Of a stretch of 36,444 bases of DNA, positions 1 to 13,693 are shown in pieces. Each line of letters opens with the position of its first letter. The first letter of the stretch is position 1. A program made the translations under genes and the position numbers. The notes beneath the pieces are model-generated. The model was not told the origin of the DNA and did no database searches. It was given only the letters and a program-made list of their open reading frames with translations. The stretch is from Welwitschia mirabilis (taxonomy: Eukaryota), in the NCBI GenBank assembly GCA_051453625.1, contig JBOZIK010000001.1, positions 10,828,657-10,865,100 on the forward strand, read 5' to 3'.

Positions 1-909
1 CTTGGTATGGAAATTAAGAGAGACCGTCAAGCTGGTAGATTATTCCTCTCACAAGAGAAATATATTGAGAAAATTCTAACTAGGTTCAATATGTTAAACT
101 GTAAACCTGTTTCTACTCCTTTTGCTGCTCACTTCAAGTTATCTTTAGATTGTTATCCAAAAACCAAAGACAAAAGTGAGCATATGTCAACCATACCTTA
201 CGCTCATGCTGTTGGAAGTTTGATGTACGCTATGATCTGCACTAGACCTGATCTAGCGTATGCTGTCAGTATCGTCAGTCGATACATGCATAATCCAGGA
301 AAGGCTCATTGGCATGCTATAAAATGGATCCTTCGTTATTTGTAGGACACTTCTACTTTGGGCTTACTCTATGATCAACGCAATACGACATCGCCAACTA
401 TAGTAGGATTTACTGATTCTGATTATGGAGGTGACTTAGATCGACGACGCTCTCTTTCAGGATATGTATTTACGCTTTGCAATTCAGCCATCAGCTAGAA
501 GGCATCCCTTTAGTCCATTACTACCTTATCAATGACCGAAGCAGAATATGTCTCCATAACTAAAGCTGTCAAAGAAGCTACCTGGCTCCGGGGATTACTA
601 CTTGAACTCGGTATCTCCCAAAACACAACTATGGTATTTTGTGATAACCAGAGTGCTCTTCATCTTACTCAAAATAACATGTTTCACTCCAGGACAAAGC
701 ATATTGACATTAAATATCACTATATCAGGGAGATACTCGCTATTGGCAATATTGTGATAAAAAAGGTGCATACCTCTGAAAATCCTGCAGACATGCTAAC
801 TACGCCTCTTCCTAAAGTCAAGTTCAAACAATGTTCTGCCGCTATCGGCCTGTTCAACCCTTCACCTATTGTAAGTATGTCAAGTTTGAGCCAAGGTGGA
901 GATTATTAA
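1..909 (+). pseudogene. Ty1/copia pol C-terminus (reverse transcriptase end + RNase H), Tork/Tnt1-like, with three in-frame stops
   Basis: One continuous frame: LGMEIKRDR..LFLSQEKYIEKIL, PYAHAVGSLMYAMICTRPDLAYAVS, VGFTDSDYGGDLDRRRSLSGYVFTL, TEAEY, VFCDNQSALHL, HSRTKHIDIKYHYIRE, ENPADMLT. TAG stops at 343-345, 496-498 (Trp of ISWK) and 511-513 (Gln) split it into the ORF-track pieces 7..345 and 532..909. Confidence 0.95.
893..903 (+). promoter_or_regulatory. Polypurine tract of the copia element
   Basis: AAGGTGGAGAT at the end of the RNase H frame, directly before the putative LTR start. Confidence 0.75.
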
Positions 910-1079
910 GTTGTTGTGGCCCAAACTTGAGCCCACATCCCAAAGGCATCCCTCACCAAGGTGGCACCTCGAAAGGGTCATCTGCCCATCGTTTCTGGCT
1001 AAAACCGATGGGCATATTGCATTATAAATAAGGTAAAAACCTTACGCCAGAGAGAGTGAATTTGACTGATTGGCCAACA
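904..1079 (+). repeat. 3' LTR (start, possibly truncated) of the copia element
   Basis: Begins TATTAAG (TG>TA decayed terminus) right after the PPT, contains a TATA-like TATAAAT at ~1023-1029, candidate end ...CCAACA at 1079. The right boundary is uncertain because the partner LTR is outside the window. Confidence 0.5.
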
Positions 1080-2399
1080 TTATGGAATACAACTACCATG
1101 ATCATCAAACCCAATGATTTAACTCCCTATATATTCCTATATTGTGTCAAATAGAACATCTAAAGATCCAACATCATCACTTTTCAAATGGAAGACAAGT
1201 GTCTTCTGGGTTGAAATATCACCACTTGCCCAAAAAACAAAAAAGGGAAAAAATTAGTAAACAAGCCAATAAATTACATATGAGGCATCTCCTAGTAAGG
1301 TAAGTGTTATTTATAAAACGAGTGGATTTGATGGAACTTTTCTATGTGTGTTATTTATAAAAAGTACAGAGAGAATACCACTTCAATACTTTGCTGCTTT
1401 TTAGAAGCTTTAGAAATAACACACTAATATTGTTCTTGCAAATTGTGGGTAGTGTTTCTTAGTTTAGAAATTACAATCTACAAACAACAAATATGAAAAA
1501 AAAAATTATATTCTAACAACAAAATACAAAAAGATGCTTTGATTATATTGATATCATTAAACCAGTATACAAAGCAATGGAAAAAGGTATCATGTAAGTA
1601 TGAGAAATAAAAAGATTAACACTATATTTCTCTTTCAAATTAAAAGGAGATGAGATAGAAACATAAAACTAGAAAAGAGACAAAATTTCATGATCTATGC
1701 TGCATCAACCAAGTTGGAAAAAATGCAGTGTGGCACTCATCTTTTAGTACTCGATTGTAAAGGGCACATCAATGATGTTTTTGTATAAATGGTTTGTTAA
1801 ATCAGACTAGCACCGAGCAACCCCAATAGCCAGTAAGTAGGTGCTAAGAGTCCTCCGACTACCAACCCACATACGGATCATCTAGCTGGGTCTTATCAGT
1901 ATTGACAACCAACAATAATCATATATAGCATGTTACTACAGGGATAACAAGTCACTATGGTGCTCAGCTAACTTAGAGAATGGCCTAAGCCTTTAGATAT
2001 GGTTGCCTTACAAGCCCTACACTTTAATGTTTCATTGAAACTGACTTTACACAGAAATGTATCCTCTCTATATCTAAATCATTGTGTGTATATACCAAAT
2101 ACTAAGCACAATCACAAATATGGATAGTATGAGAGAAATGTTGAAATGGAGTGCATATTATATTACTAGATGAGACAAAACCAATTTCTAGGAGATCTTA
2201 TAATATTTTAATGGTTTAGAGTTTGTTTCATTTGTTTTAAAATCTCTTGATCATCCCATACCTATCAATATTTTCAGAAATCATATGCCATGTGTTCTTG
2301 TCATGAGTCTCTTTTTCAAGTTCATATTTTTAGTAAAGGCTAATTTCCCTTCAACTATCATATGAAACTATTATATTGAAGATATATTTGAAATCCTTA

Positions 2400-3270
2400 T
2401 AAGTAGCTTAAATTGTGTTAAGGCCTTTTTGAGTCTATGGACCTAGAGGACTTGATTTTAAACTTTAGTGCTCATAAGTATTGTCCTATCACAAAAAGTT
2501 ACCCCTCTCTCACTAAGTTAAAAAAGGAATAATATATGGTTTATAATATAAACTATAGTAAGCTACACATATTTTATAGAAAAAAATTAAATTAAACACA
2601 TTAATACCTTGTAATGTTAAATTATTTCATAGTTAAATATTTTGTGTTATTAATAACATATTTCATTAGAATCTTTTTTTGGGTATCATTATTTGGCCAA
2701 ACAAAATTGTGGTTTGGGGCTAATTGAGATCTACAGTCATTCTTAAGCTATGTTTGTAAAATGAATTACTAATGTATTTAGCAGCTTGTCTTTCAACCAT
2801 TACTCAACATTTTCGACTTTTATTCTCCTAAACATTAATGCTAGTGCAAAGGTATTACCCTATTAACTAAATTTTATCTTCAAACTTTATTAGAATTTTT
2901 TGAATGCATGTTTTTCATAGCATATAGAGGATTTGAAAAAATATTTCTTAATTTTTTTAAAAAAAATTCACTATCCCAAAAGAATAGTTATGATTCATTA
3001 GTCCTAGGTGGATTTTAATGTCTTTAGCACCTTCAGTAATGTAAGCTCTTTGGTTTTCTAGAAGATTAATTACTAATGGAGTTATTTCTTTACCTCTCTT
3101 TAAACTTAATAATAACTAAGTTAGATAAAAATATTTTAAAATTTATATAGATTAAGCCCTAGGATGCATGATTTTTTTCTTTTTTAAATGAATTTCTTAT
3201 AACATTTGGTTAAGGTATCTAGTAATTTAAACAATCCAATGCAAATTCTTTGATGGAACAATGACCAAAA
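2400..3270 (-). mobile_element. Highly decayed L1-type LINE ORF2 (reverse transcriptase N-terminal region) relic
   Basis: Ordered degenerate motifs on the minus strand: W..(G)DTLTK ~3200-3240, KSP(G)(P)(D)(G)..FFW ~2970-3015, SKMLSN(R)LKDKL ~2780-2815, D..K(A)F(D)-like ~2600-2620. Several frameshifts are needed to read them. Confidence 0.45.
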
Positions 3271-5299
3271 TGTAGTCCTATATAAGATAGAGAAATATTA
3301 CATCCACATTGAGTTATATATTGATATTAGTTAGTCATGTTAAAGAAAATAAAAAATAGAGGATGAAAAGCACCAATGGCTTGTTAGATTGATGAGGTTG
3401 TGGGAAACTCACTCTCTTTCAAAATATGAACATTTTATTTGGTATCTTTGATACTAAGGATTGCTATATGATAAGAGACTTTAATATTTGGGTATCCATG
3501 ATGTTTGATAAATTCTATGAAAAGATGAATAAAATTTCATTTGCACTTTTGATAACTATAAATATACTTAAGTGGATATACATGGGTTTTTAAAACCCTC
3601 CATCACTTATTTCTTACATGGAAGCAAGCCATTCTAGATGATGACATAGGCCTTCCTCCCTAAAAGAGCTTTTTATAAAACATTTACATGTATGCATGCT
3701 TTATAATATTTGGCATTTTCATTCAAAACTTCATTATATTTGGCGTTTTTGTTGAAAAATTTATCATGCTTAATGCAAGCTGGAGAATTTCTTGTGTCCC
3801 TTAAATAAAGCTAATATTTTACAACACTTAACATTCCATATTTAGACATAAGTAGAGAAAGTATCATTAGAGGTGAATTAACGCTTATAACTTATTAATT
3901 ATTATATGAATAGTTCTTATTTAGTTTTCTTAGTTCCTCCTCACATGCCTCCACTAATAAATCATCCTTATTACATGAATAAGACAAATAATAAGAAGCA
4001 CTAATGTAGCCCCTCCATTAAAAGCCATAGTAGAGCAAAAAGCAATCAAAGTACTCACCTTTTTAAGGATGATTTTATTTCACTAGGTAATTTAAAAAAT
4101 GTTATAGAAAATGAATAAGGTTTCTATGTCATTTTCATTTTTAATTAATTGCTTTGATACTTTCTATGCTTTTATTTTTTATTTTTTTTAACTTATGGAC
4201 TTTTAAGATTTTGTTATTTTGTTTGGTAGTTGCATCTACCTTTGATGTTGATGCATTAAACCTTTTCCTTTTGATTAAGATTGGAATCTATTGGCTCTTT
4301 CATATATAGCCATACCTTTTTATGACAATTCCCTTAATAGATAGGCATTCATATCACTAAGAAAGGATGTTGTTAAACAAAATAAGTGGCTTTGGTTTCT
4401 GAAATTTACCAAGAGATTTCCTTTCAGAATTTCATGTATAATTTATTTATCAAGAATTTTTACCTCCAAATTTTTAAATGAAATAAATTTACTACATTTA
4501 TGAAGGAAAAAGCTAAGAAATAAACCTAGAAATAATAACATTTTTAGAAAAACTTAAAAATGCCTATAATATTAGTGGTATATTATATACAACTATATAT
4601 TTTAAAGTTTTTCATTATGTAAAATAGTTGTATGTGGGTGTGGGTGTGGATGGAGATAAAAGAAATTACAATCATGAGGATTTATGACTAGGGTATAAAC
4701 TCTCTTATCATTTCAAATGTTCATTATTTTATATTTCTAAATTTATTATGTTAATAAGATTGTGCTTCTATGACTAATATATTAGATAATATAACATGTT
4801 TTAAAACGTAGTTTAATATGTTACTTTGGCATGATAGTTTTCCATCTTTAAACCCATTCATGAAAGTAATAATGCATAGTAAACTTTTTTATGATGTATA
4901 TTGTAATTATCTACTTACAAATATGTTATGGAAGTTATCAATGTAAAAATATACAATGTTATCATGATATTCATTCAAAAAAATTATTCTTTCTAATTTT
5001 GTAGGTTTTGATAATAGGCATGACATTGATCCACCTTTAATTCCATTTGAGATGTTAGTTAAATTATTTGATTTAATTTTTATGATTTAATATCACACTT
5101 TTTATTCTAATACAATGGTACATTCATAGAATGATATGATTGAATTGGTACTTGAGTGTCATCTTAAATGATAAAGCACATAACCTCACAAATTAAAAAA
5201 AAGTGAAGTAAAAAACAATACAATTGGCTATATCAATAAATTAGAAAGAATAGCATAAATGGAATGTAATAAGAAAACAGACATAAGAAGAAAAGGGAA

Positions 5300-6990
5300 T
5301 ATAAGAGAGAATTACGTATTTGAAAGACATGATATTAAGGATCTTGGTGACTAAATATATCTTACAAGTATGGAAAAAATTAGTACATTACATGATCAGA
5401 ACTTTTAACCAATGGTATAAAAGCATGAACAAATAAGGGATCTTTAAATACAAGCATTATGACTATATTAGAGAATTTTTAACCAAATTTGATAAGTTTA
5501 AAAAAATACCATTACATGTTAAAATTAACATAAATGTATACAAGACATGAATAAAACATAGAAATGTTAAATGTCAATACCCTTCAAGATTTTTATAACA
5601 ACTATTTTTCTACTGAAAATAAAAAGGATCTAGGAGAACATATTGAGTTATTAAGATTAAGATAAGTTGAGAAGATGCTAATGATCATGTAAATGTGATT
5701 GTGCAAATTATTCATGAACAAGGAGGATAACTTAAATATATAACTCATACCATAAACTATTCTCAAAATTCAGAGGAAATTATGAGGTTTCTTCTAAGAA
5801 GAGTACAATACATAGTAGTAATTATTATGTGTAGAATTGACTGAAAAAAGAATTGAAAACTTGATAGTTAATAAAGAAAGGGTATATTATGTGCCTAAGT
5901 TTAAATTTGATACTAATATATTTCATAAAAACATAAGGCTTAATGATCGTCAATTATGAGAGTTACAAGAAAAGAAAGATATAAGTTTATTTGATAAAAT
6001 ATGCTCCATTCTCATTAACAAAGAACAAGAACAAAAAAATAAAAATTTATTATTAATAAACTAAGGTGAATTATTTAATAAAAATAAAGATGAGAATACA
6101 TTCTCTACTAGGATAAGCATATCAAACCCAAACATAAAAAGTGAAGTAATTGAGTATGGCTAAATAACAAAATAGATGATCATAATACATTGATGTAGTG
6201 GTTAATTAGTAATTAAAACCTTATGAAGTAATATAATACACATGGGATTTTTTTTCTTTATGATTACTATCATTATTTTCTAGAGAATTATATGATTTTC
6301 TAAACATTTGACCAAGAAATATATGTTTTCATGAATATGAAACTAATGTACATTAAAACAATTGTTTGGAAGACATCTAAGAATTAAAAAGTTGATAAAT
6401 TTTTAACTAATATATTCTTATAAAGAATACATATAGAATTGAGTGATGAATATTAATTTTATTATTAATTTTGAATAAACATTGAGTATAAAGCATGACA
6501 AATATGTTCATGATATATATAAACATTTAACTCATGGTTAAAAAGAATAAGATCATATTTATCAAAGTGCAAATTGAAGCTAAATACTATGTTATAGTAA
6601 TTTGGAACTCTAGCAATATTCTTCATGTTAAGTGAAGTGGACCTATAATAGTTACATTTACATTAGCTTATACTTAATGAATATTCTATTCAAGAATATC
6701 ATGCTTCATTGTTTTGCCATAGTTATGTCATGAATTACTCACACCGGACTTCTTGCTATATGCATGTGAGATTTATATTATTCAAAAATATAAACAACTT
6801 GAAGTAGTGGGTAATTAGTTATGATATAAGTGGAAAGATTATGGATTTTATCATACTCATGGATTCTTTTGGAATAAAGACATTGATTAACAACATCAAT
6901 TATAATTATTCAATAAACATAAGAAACTTGAAAACCTATTTGGATATAATAGTACATGATTGAAATTCTAAAATAAATAGAGAGGGGATG
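5300..6990 (+). mobile_element. Very old Ty1/copia relic (gag to integrase, possibly Bianca-like)
   Basis: Degenerate HDKYVH (WHDRLGH-like) ~6493, (C)GPI ~6637-6648, HVRFILFKN (HVCLLSTRN-like) ~6763, SFGIK ~6865, and purine tract AGAGAGGGGA ~6979-6988. Motif order fits, but identity is poor. Confidence 0.3.
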
Positions 6991-7109
6991 ATTACATTAA
7001 ATTATAAGAATTTATAGTAAGAAAAATTTTATATATTTATAAATTTATATTACATTTTATTTTATTAGATTTTAAAAAGTTCTTATAGAGCAAGTATAAT
7101 ACATTGTCG

Positions 7110-8930
7110 TGCATGTATATGTATTTATGGTATTACAAAATGTTTAAATCATAATATGTAACCTTTCCTCTATGATAGTGCTTCATTTTACACACACATG
7201 TATAATGTGCTTTGGCCATTAAAAATGAAAATTAAAAAATTAATGTGGATTAAAAGATGAAGCTATTGATTATTGCTAAGATTGTACAATTTTAATTCCA
7301 TTAACCTCAGTAAATTAGTTATTTTGAAACAATATCTACCATAGATAATCATCATTTTTTACCAATCTAGCTTTGATCCTATCTATTACTAAACTATTAT
7401 TTTAAAGGATTAATAGTTGAAAGTTATTTGTACATTATGAAATGCAACTTAAACTTGATAAAAGTTCTAATCCTTATGTTTACTAGTGTTGTTTCCCAAA
7501 TCAAACATCACTAGATTCTTGAATATTGGTAAACTCCACAAAATTCAAAATAAATACCACCTTCTTTATAAATAATTTAGATGGATGGAAATCTATGGAA
7601 GTTAATAAAATGTTGAAAAATTAAAAAATTATTTACAAGAATCAACTTGATTAATCTTTATGATTAAGAAATATTTGTTTAACTAGATTAAATATTTTCC
7701 AAACTATCAAATAATTTAAATTAAATGAAAAAACTCTAATCATAATGCTATAAAACCTAAACATATCCCAAATTTTAGATATCTTGAATTTCATCTTGTA
7801 TAATATTATTCTTTGATTTAAATTTACATTCTATCATTTTCTTATTCCAATTTTGCATATTCATTGATCCTATTATCACTTCCATAGCTATGATAAAGGA
7901 TTATCTCACCATAAGAATCTAAATCCTTTTTCTCCTTCTTTAAGCATACACAAGTGATTATTTCATGAGGAAACTCACTTGCTAATTATAAGCGCTATTT
8001 TGTACTTAAATGCCTTTTACTACATGTTTGTATTAAGAATTAATCAAATTTGATCTATGATTGGATTTGAATTTATGTTTTCTATCATTGATGTATCTGT
8101 AATTATTTTTATTAAAATAGTAAATTTTAAATGTAGCATTAATTGGTATGATTTGAATTTAGTTCCTTCAATGATTTGTTAGAATTTCATAGTTTAAAAG
8201 GTTCACATATTAGATAATTGACATCTATCATTCTTCTCATTTTATATGTTACATTTTAAGATGATCCATTTCTACATTGCTATGATATTTTAATATCACA
8301 AGTGCTTTTGTATACTTTAGCAATATTTAACATGTACAGTAAATGAATTATCTCCTTTCCATAAATAGCTATTATTTAATCACTTATTATATTGGGTGAG
8401 GGAAATGATGGTGATTCTTAGTTAGGCTTGCTTGATTATTTATCTTAGGAGTAATCATTTCTAGTATGAGAAGGAAAAGTAATTATCCACTATTTTTAAT
8501 CTTCCATAAAAAGGATTGTACTTCATTTAATTTAATAGTTTAATTAGAATGAATCATTAAAAGATTAAAATCTTCTTGAAGCTCATGTAGAAATGATAAT
8601 TAGGGTTTATTGTCTTATAAATAAGAATCTTATTTTTTATTTTAAGAATACTACCCTCCACTTTGGCCATTAGGGAATATCTCTTATAAACATAAAGTAT
8701 GTCTTAGAGAGAAGAATATTAAGATGTTCTCAAATATCATTTACCTAGTTGTAACATTACAAATATTCGAACCTAAATGAAATGATAATAAAATGGATAT
8801 GCATAGCAAGCTATTCCCTCAAACATGGATAGCCAACATTTATTAAAAACTAAGTCTTTTTACAATATTATTCTCAAGATGGTTGCTAGTTAGATATTGC
8901 CAAACCCCACATTTTGAAAACCTTAATTAC
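7110..8930 (-). mobile_element. Highly decayed L1-type LINE ORF2 relic (endonuclease + linker)
   Basis: Ordered degenerate APE motifs on the minus strand: NV(R)GL ~8910, CL(Q)E ~8820, GQSGG ~8660, GDF ~8350, S(D)H-PI ~8150, FK-N ~8065, W..(GD)..NKYF ~7680. Confidence 0.45.
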
Positions 8931-9115
8931 TCAGATATTAAGCATATTAATCTTTTAGTCAGATGATGAATTACTCTACCTTATTAAAATAAGATGGTGT
9001 TTTAAATTAACCTTAGTTTTTAATTTTTATAATTTATTATGAAAAGATAATAATTATGTTATGAAGATTTTAATGAGAAAATGTATCCAAATATTAAAAT
9101 TAGAGAACCCCATTA

Positions 9116-12100
9116 TGTAACAAGTTAAAAACCCATGATAAAACTAATAAACTGAAAATTGCAAGAAGACATAATAATATATTTTACATCTTATTTACTC
9201 ATTTGAATTCTTGGTAAATGTAACGCGTATATTATATTATGAATAGACATTTGCTTATTTGTGTTGTGTTTTTGATAGATTCTATGCATTATGAAATAAA
9301 TGAGCATGTGAATAAGTACGTGAATTCTTACCTAAACTAAAATTGATAAATTAGCAGATTTACTCTACCGTGAGTTTTATCTTTTTGAGATCTGTAAGGA
9401 TACTTGATTTATAACATATTTATTATTTTGTTCATTGGAATTGAAGATTTATCTCATTATGCCACATGACAATCTTGAGATTTGTGCATTTATTGTTTTG
9501 ATACATGTATTAAATGAATTAAAGTTACTTATAAGCCTATGAAGGATTAAGAAGGAGTTAGCATGAGGAAATGATGCATTTAATTAATTTTGCTAATTAA
9601 AGTAAGAAAAATACTCACCTTAATTAGGTGCATGAGTCATAAATATCATGTCTCTTTCTGTATTTCAGTGTTACTTATTACTTATCCCCTTTATCAATGA
9701 TAAATTATGTGATCTTATGATCTTGAACTATGTCCCCTTTTTTTAATCTATGTATAGAGACCCTTTCCTCTCTCACAAAAAAAGGGAGATACTTTTCATT
9801 TTCCATGCAAGTGTATTTCCTTCTTTTCTTCTCTCTTTCTTCTTGATCTCTTTCTTATATATTAAGCTTTAAGCTTGAGAGCTTAGAGTTAAGTATTCTT
9901 GAGATGGAATCTTCATTAACTTTCAACCATCACGGACATACTAATCTTTCCAAGTAAGATTTTTACTCATGTTGTCCGTATGATTTCTTTTAAAGATTCT
10001 AGTAGAATATGATATATTGCATTAGGCCATAGTTTATGATTATCTTAGAATTATATTTTTGTCATTCCCTTTCATTGTCTTTCACCAGGATGTTAAGGAG
10101 ATATAAGGGGTCTTTTATACTTGGTGATGGAGGTTACTAATGGACAATTATGTCTAAATGAGTAGGGGTTTCACTATTTAAAAAAAAGGAAAGAAGGGGG
10201 GGTGTTGAGGTGTTGGGAAAGGGTGGGGGACAAGGGGAACTTTGAGAACCCATGCTTATTTTGTAGTGATATACATAATATTATATTTTTCTCCATTATA
10301 CATTAGATCCATCTTATTAGTGGTAAAGTTTTATCCTCAAAAATCTTGTTTAGGCTGGTACTCCTTCATGGTAATCATAAGGCTCATGGTAAGTCCTTTT
10401 GTGAACTGATTTGATTTTTATTTATACATTAATTTTGATTAGTAATGTTTAATTAAGATTTACTATAGATAATTATTTTATCTACTATATTCATTATTTT
10501 AGTGATTCAAGATATTGCATAACTAGTTGTAAAATTTTTTCTATGTTTTTATAATGAAAGTTAAATTTTTATAATAAAGGCATAGCTTAAGTACACCAAA
10601 GCTCATTAATTATTAGGTATACATTATAAAAATTTTCCTGTAACTCTAAGCTTATGTTATGATTGTAAAAATTTAAAAAACAGTAATTTTTATAATGTAT
10701 AATAATTTTTAAGAAACTTAGTTATTAAAATATATTGGGAAATAAATCCAAAAAACTAATAAGTTATTAATTTACATTTCTATAACTAACTGTTAAACTA
10801 TTTAGAACGTTGAGCATTCTAAGTTGTATAGAATTAAATAGTATTTATAAAAAATCTTGAATAATTTAAAAACTCAAAGTATTTTGAAAGTGATGATTAT
10901 TTTAGTGTAATGCAGTAAGACTATAATTTTAGAAAATTTTGCAGTTTTTTAATCTTAAATCATGACCTTACAAATAACACTTTTATAACTCTAAGATAGC
11001 TTAAGTTGGTTTCAAAGGATCGTATTATGAGTCTAGTTTATGAAAAGCTACTATAATTTATTTTTTACATCATATTTAATTAATTATTAATTTTTGATTA
11101 TGATGTCTCCTCAAAGCCCAAAAACTTAACTAATATCTTAAATTATAGAAAAATTATTAAATAAAATTATAGATATAATTCAAGTATATAAAATAAGTTA
11201 TTATTAGTATCCTTAAGTTAGATTACTTAGGAATAATGTTTTTAGGAGAAATACCTCTCTTGCTTTTTTCTTTTATCTTATGTTGAATATGCATGCTTAT
11301 AGGGTTTTTACATTAATAGTTTAAGTAACATGGATAGTCCTTGATTCGTCATTTATTTTTTTAACTCATGATATGATCATATGAGTTTGGGATAAATAAT
11401 GATGTTTTAATAACCATGCTTGAGCTATAATTTCTTTTGTTTATATTCATCGTAAGTAATCATAGAGATTGTCATATGAGTATAGAAGAATGCTTCTAGG
11501 ATTAGCATAGCTCCAAGGATGAATTAGTTATTTAAGTACATTATTAAAATATGATTTGATACATTTTGAATATTTTTATTTAGTTTTTTATTAGTATAAT
11601 ATTAAATACAAAGATGTTCTAATATGCTTGTTTTCTCTTTTGTATGATTATTTCTATAAAATGAACTCAATGATGATTAAAATTATTATAACTAGGTAAA
11701 TAATTTATTAAATATCCACCTTATTTAGAATTATATGCATGCATTTATGTGGTGTATTCATTGAACAAGACTAAATCAAGATAATCCTATTAATCATCAT
11801 CCCATACTTGGATTTCATTACCTAGTTGAGGTGCATTGCTTTTAATTTTTTATAATACCCTTTTGGAAGTGGATTTGATCACCACTCTCCTATCCTTACC
11901 ATATATGAACTTATTTTGAATTAATATCTTGAGTACTTCACATTAACAAATCATTTTACACCATTCAGAGATGTTTCAAAGAAATAAGGGTCATTTATAA
12001 GTATGCATCCACCTCATGTACTACCTCTTACTTATATTAGGGGTAAAACTAGGTGAAGTATAAGACTAGAAATGTTTATATAGATTAGAATTTGAAATCG

Positions 12101-12528
12101 AACCAACTCATGTCTGAAGGATGATCAAATATGGAGTTGGAATATCATTAATGCTAGTCACAACCTCTTGTTATATTAGTTAAGTATTATTCTCAAACTT
12201 ACCTATGTATGTTTTGTAAAAATTTTACATCTCCTTAACTATTTATAAGATATCTATTTGACAAAAAACTTGGAAGAAATGTAGGGCACAAAATTATAAT
12301 ATCGCTATTATTTGTAAACCAAAATAACCTAAAATTAAAATTTAGGTAAATATATAATAATAATATGATTTATTTTTCTAAGAATATAAAAATGCTAATA
12401 AGGGAATGAGTAAAAATTTATCATAGGTTTCTTTGTATCTAGTAGTTAATAATATTAAAGAAAAAAGGAAGAGAAAAGAAAAGAAAAAAATAGTGCTTAA
12501 TTAGGATAAGAAAAGGCAGGTTATTAAA
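9116..12528 (+). repeat. Putative 5' LTR of the Tekay/Del gypsy element
   Basis: The right end is anchored by the PBS at 12531. The left end is only a guess from TGTAACA at 9116. Non-coding, and no partner LTR in the window. Confidence 0.35.
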
Positions 12529-12530
12529 AT

Positions 12531-12542
12531 TGATATCAGAGC
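12531..12542 (+). promoter_or_regulatory. Primer-binding site (tRNA-iMet) of the Tekay/Del element
   Basis: TGATATCAGAGC = canonical TGGTATCAGAGC with one G>A change, about 1.15 kb upstream of gag. Confidence 0.8.
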
Positions 12543-13282
12543 TTTAAGTTAAATAATACCGATTTTAAGCACTTATAAATTATAAAATCATTAATAACTT
12601 TTCTTCTTAAATAATTATAAAGTTAGTTATAACCATAATAACCATTATTCCTAGTAGCTAAAAAGTTAATTATATGGCCAATAATCCTAAATCTTGAGGA
12701 AAATCAGTTATATCCTTTGTGATACTAGATTCCAAGATAACTCTAACTCCTAGATAGATATGAATTTAATTATATTTCTAGTAGTCATAAATTTAATTAT
12801 ACTTATAATATTCTTACTCTTGAAATTGATACCAAATCATATTCATGTTAATCTAATAATTATAGATATTACAATAATGATAATTCTAGCATCTTAATAG
12901 TCCTAGAAGTTGATTATATTTGGGATAGTTTTAAAGTATTCATAAGGTTAATTATAACACCAGCCCCTAGATAATCAATATGTTAATCATATTTATAATA
13001 ATTGTAAATTTCTAATTAAACCTAAAACGATGATGAATTTAAATCATTAAAGAATCTATTACCTTATAGCTATGATAATAATCACTTAGGAGAATTACAA
13101 TTATCTTAAGAGTTTAGGATAATGACCTTATATAATTCTTTAAGAGCTTAATCTTTTGTAAGAAATATAAATACATAAGAAAAATCCCGTATAATTAGAT
13201 ACCATTAGAAATAATTAGACCTTCAACTAATTTATTCATCCCAAAGCATATTGTTACATAATCTTAAAGTTAAACCTTATAG

Positions 13283-13412
13283 TCATAACTTATAAACCTA
13301 ATAAACCTTATCTATTTAAAATAATGAAAGGAGATAAAATTGATTATTCATAACTTATAAACCTAATAAACCTTATCTATTTAAAATAATAAAAGGAGAT
13401 AAAATTGATTAT
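13283..13412. repeat. Tandem duplication, 2 x 65 bp
   Basis: 13283-13347 and 13348-13412 are identical except G13326 vs A13391. Confidence 0.97.
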
Positions 13413-13693
13413 GTACTTTAAGTTATAAATGAGGATCAATCATCTCATAATGATGACCATTGCCTTTCTAAAATCATAAAAATATTTGTAAGTTTAACTT
13501 TTAATAATATTTATATTATTTCCAAATGTTATCTTATAAAAATTTCCACTTCTTTCAGATGCCTCATTATTATTAGTTAAACCTTGAGGCTAAGTCAGTT
13601 GCACCAACTAATCAACATCAAGAAAATTCACAAAAGAGTTAGTAATCTAATGTTAGAAAGTAATTCCTATTCAACTTTAATCCAAAAGCATTA

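Noticed and set aside
831..1031. ORF of 66 aa
   Set aside because: Alternative frame across the PPT and LTR, no recognisable motif.
3703..3775. Short imperfect ~30-bp tandem repeat
   Set aside because: Only two to three degenerate units with no unique spacers; not CRISPR-like and not informative.
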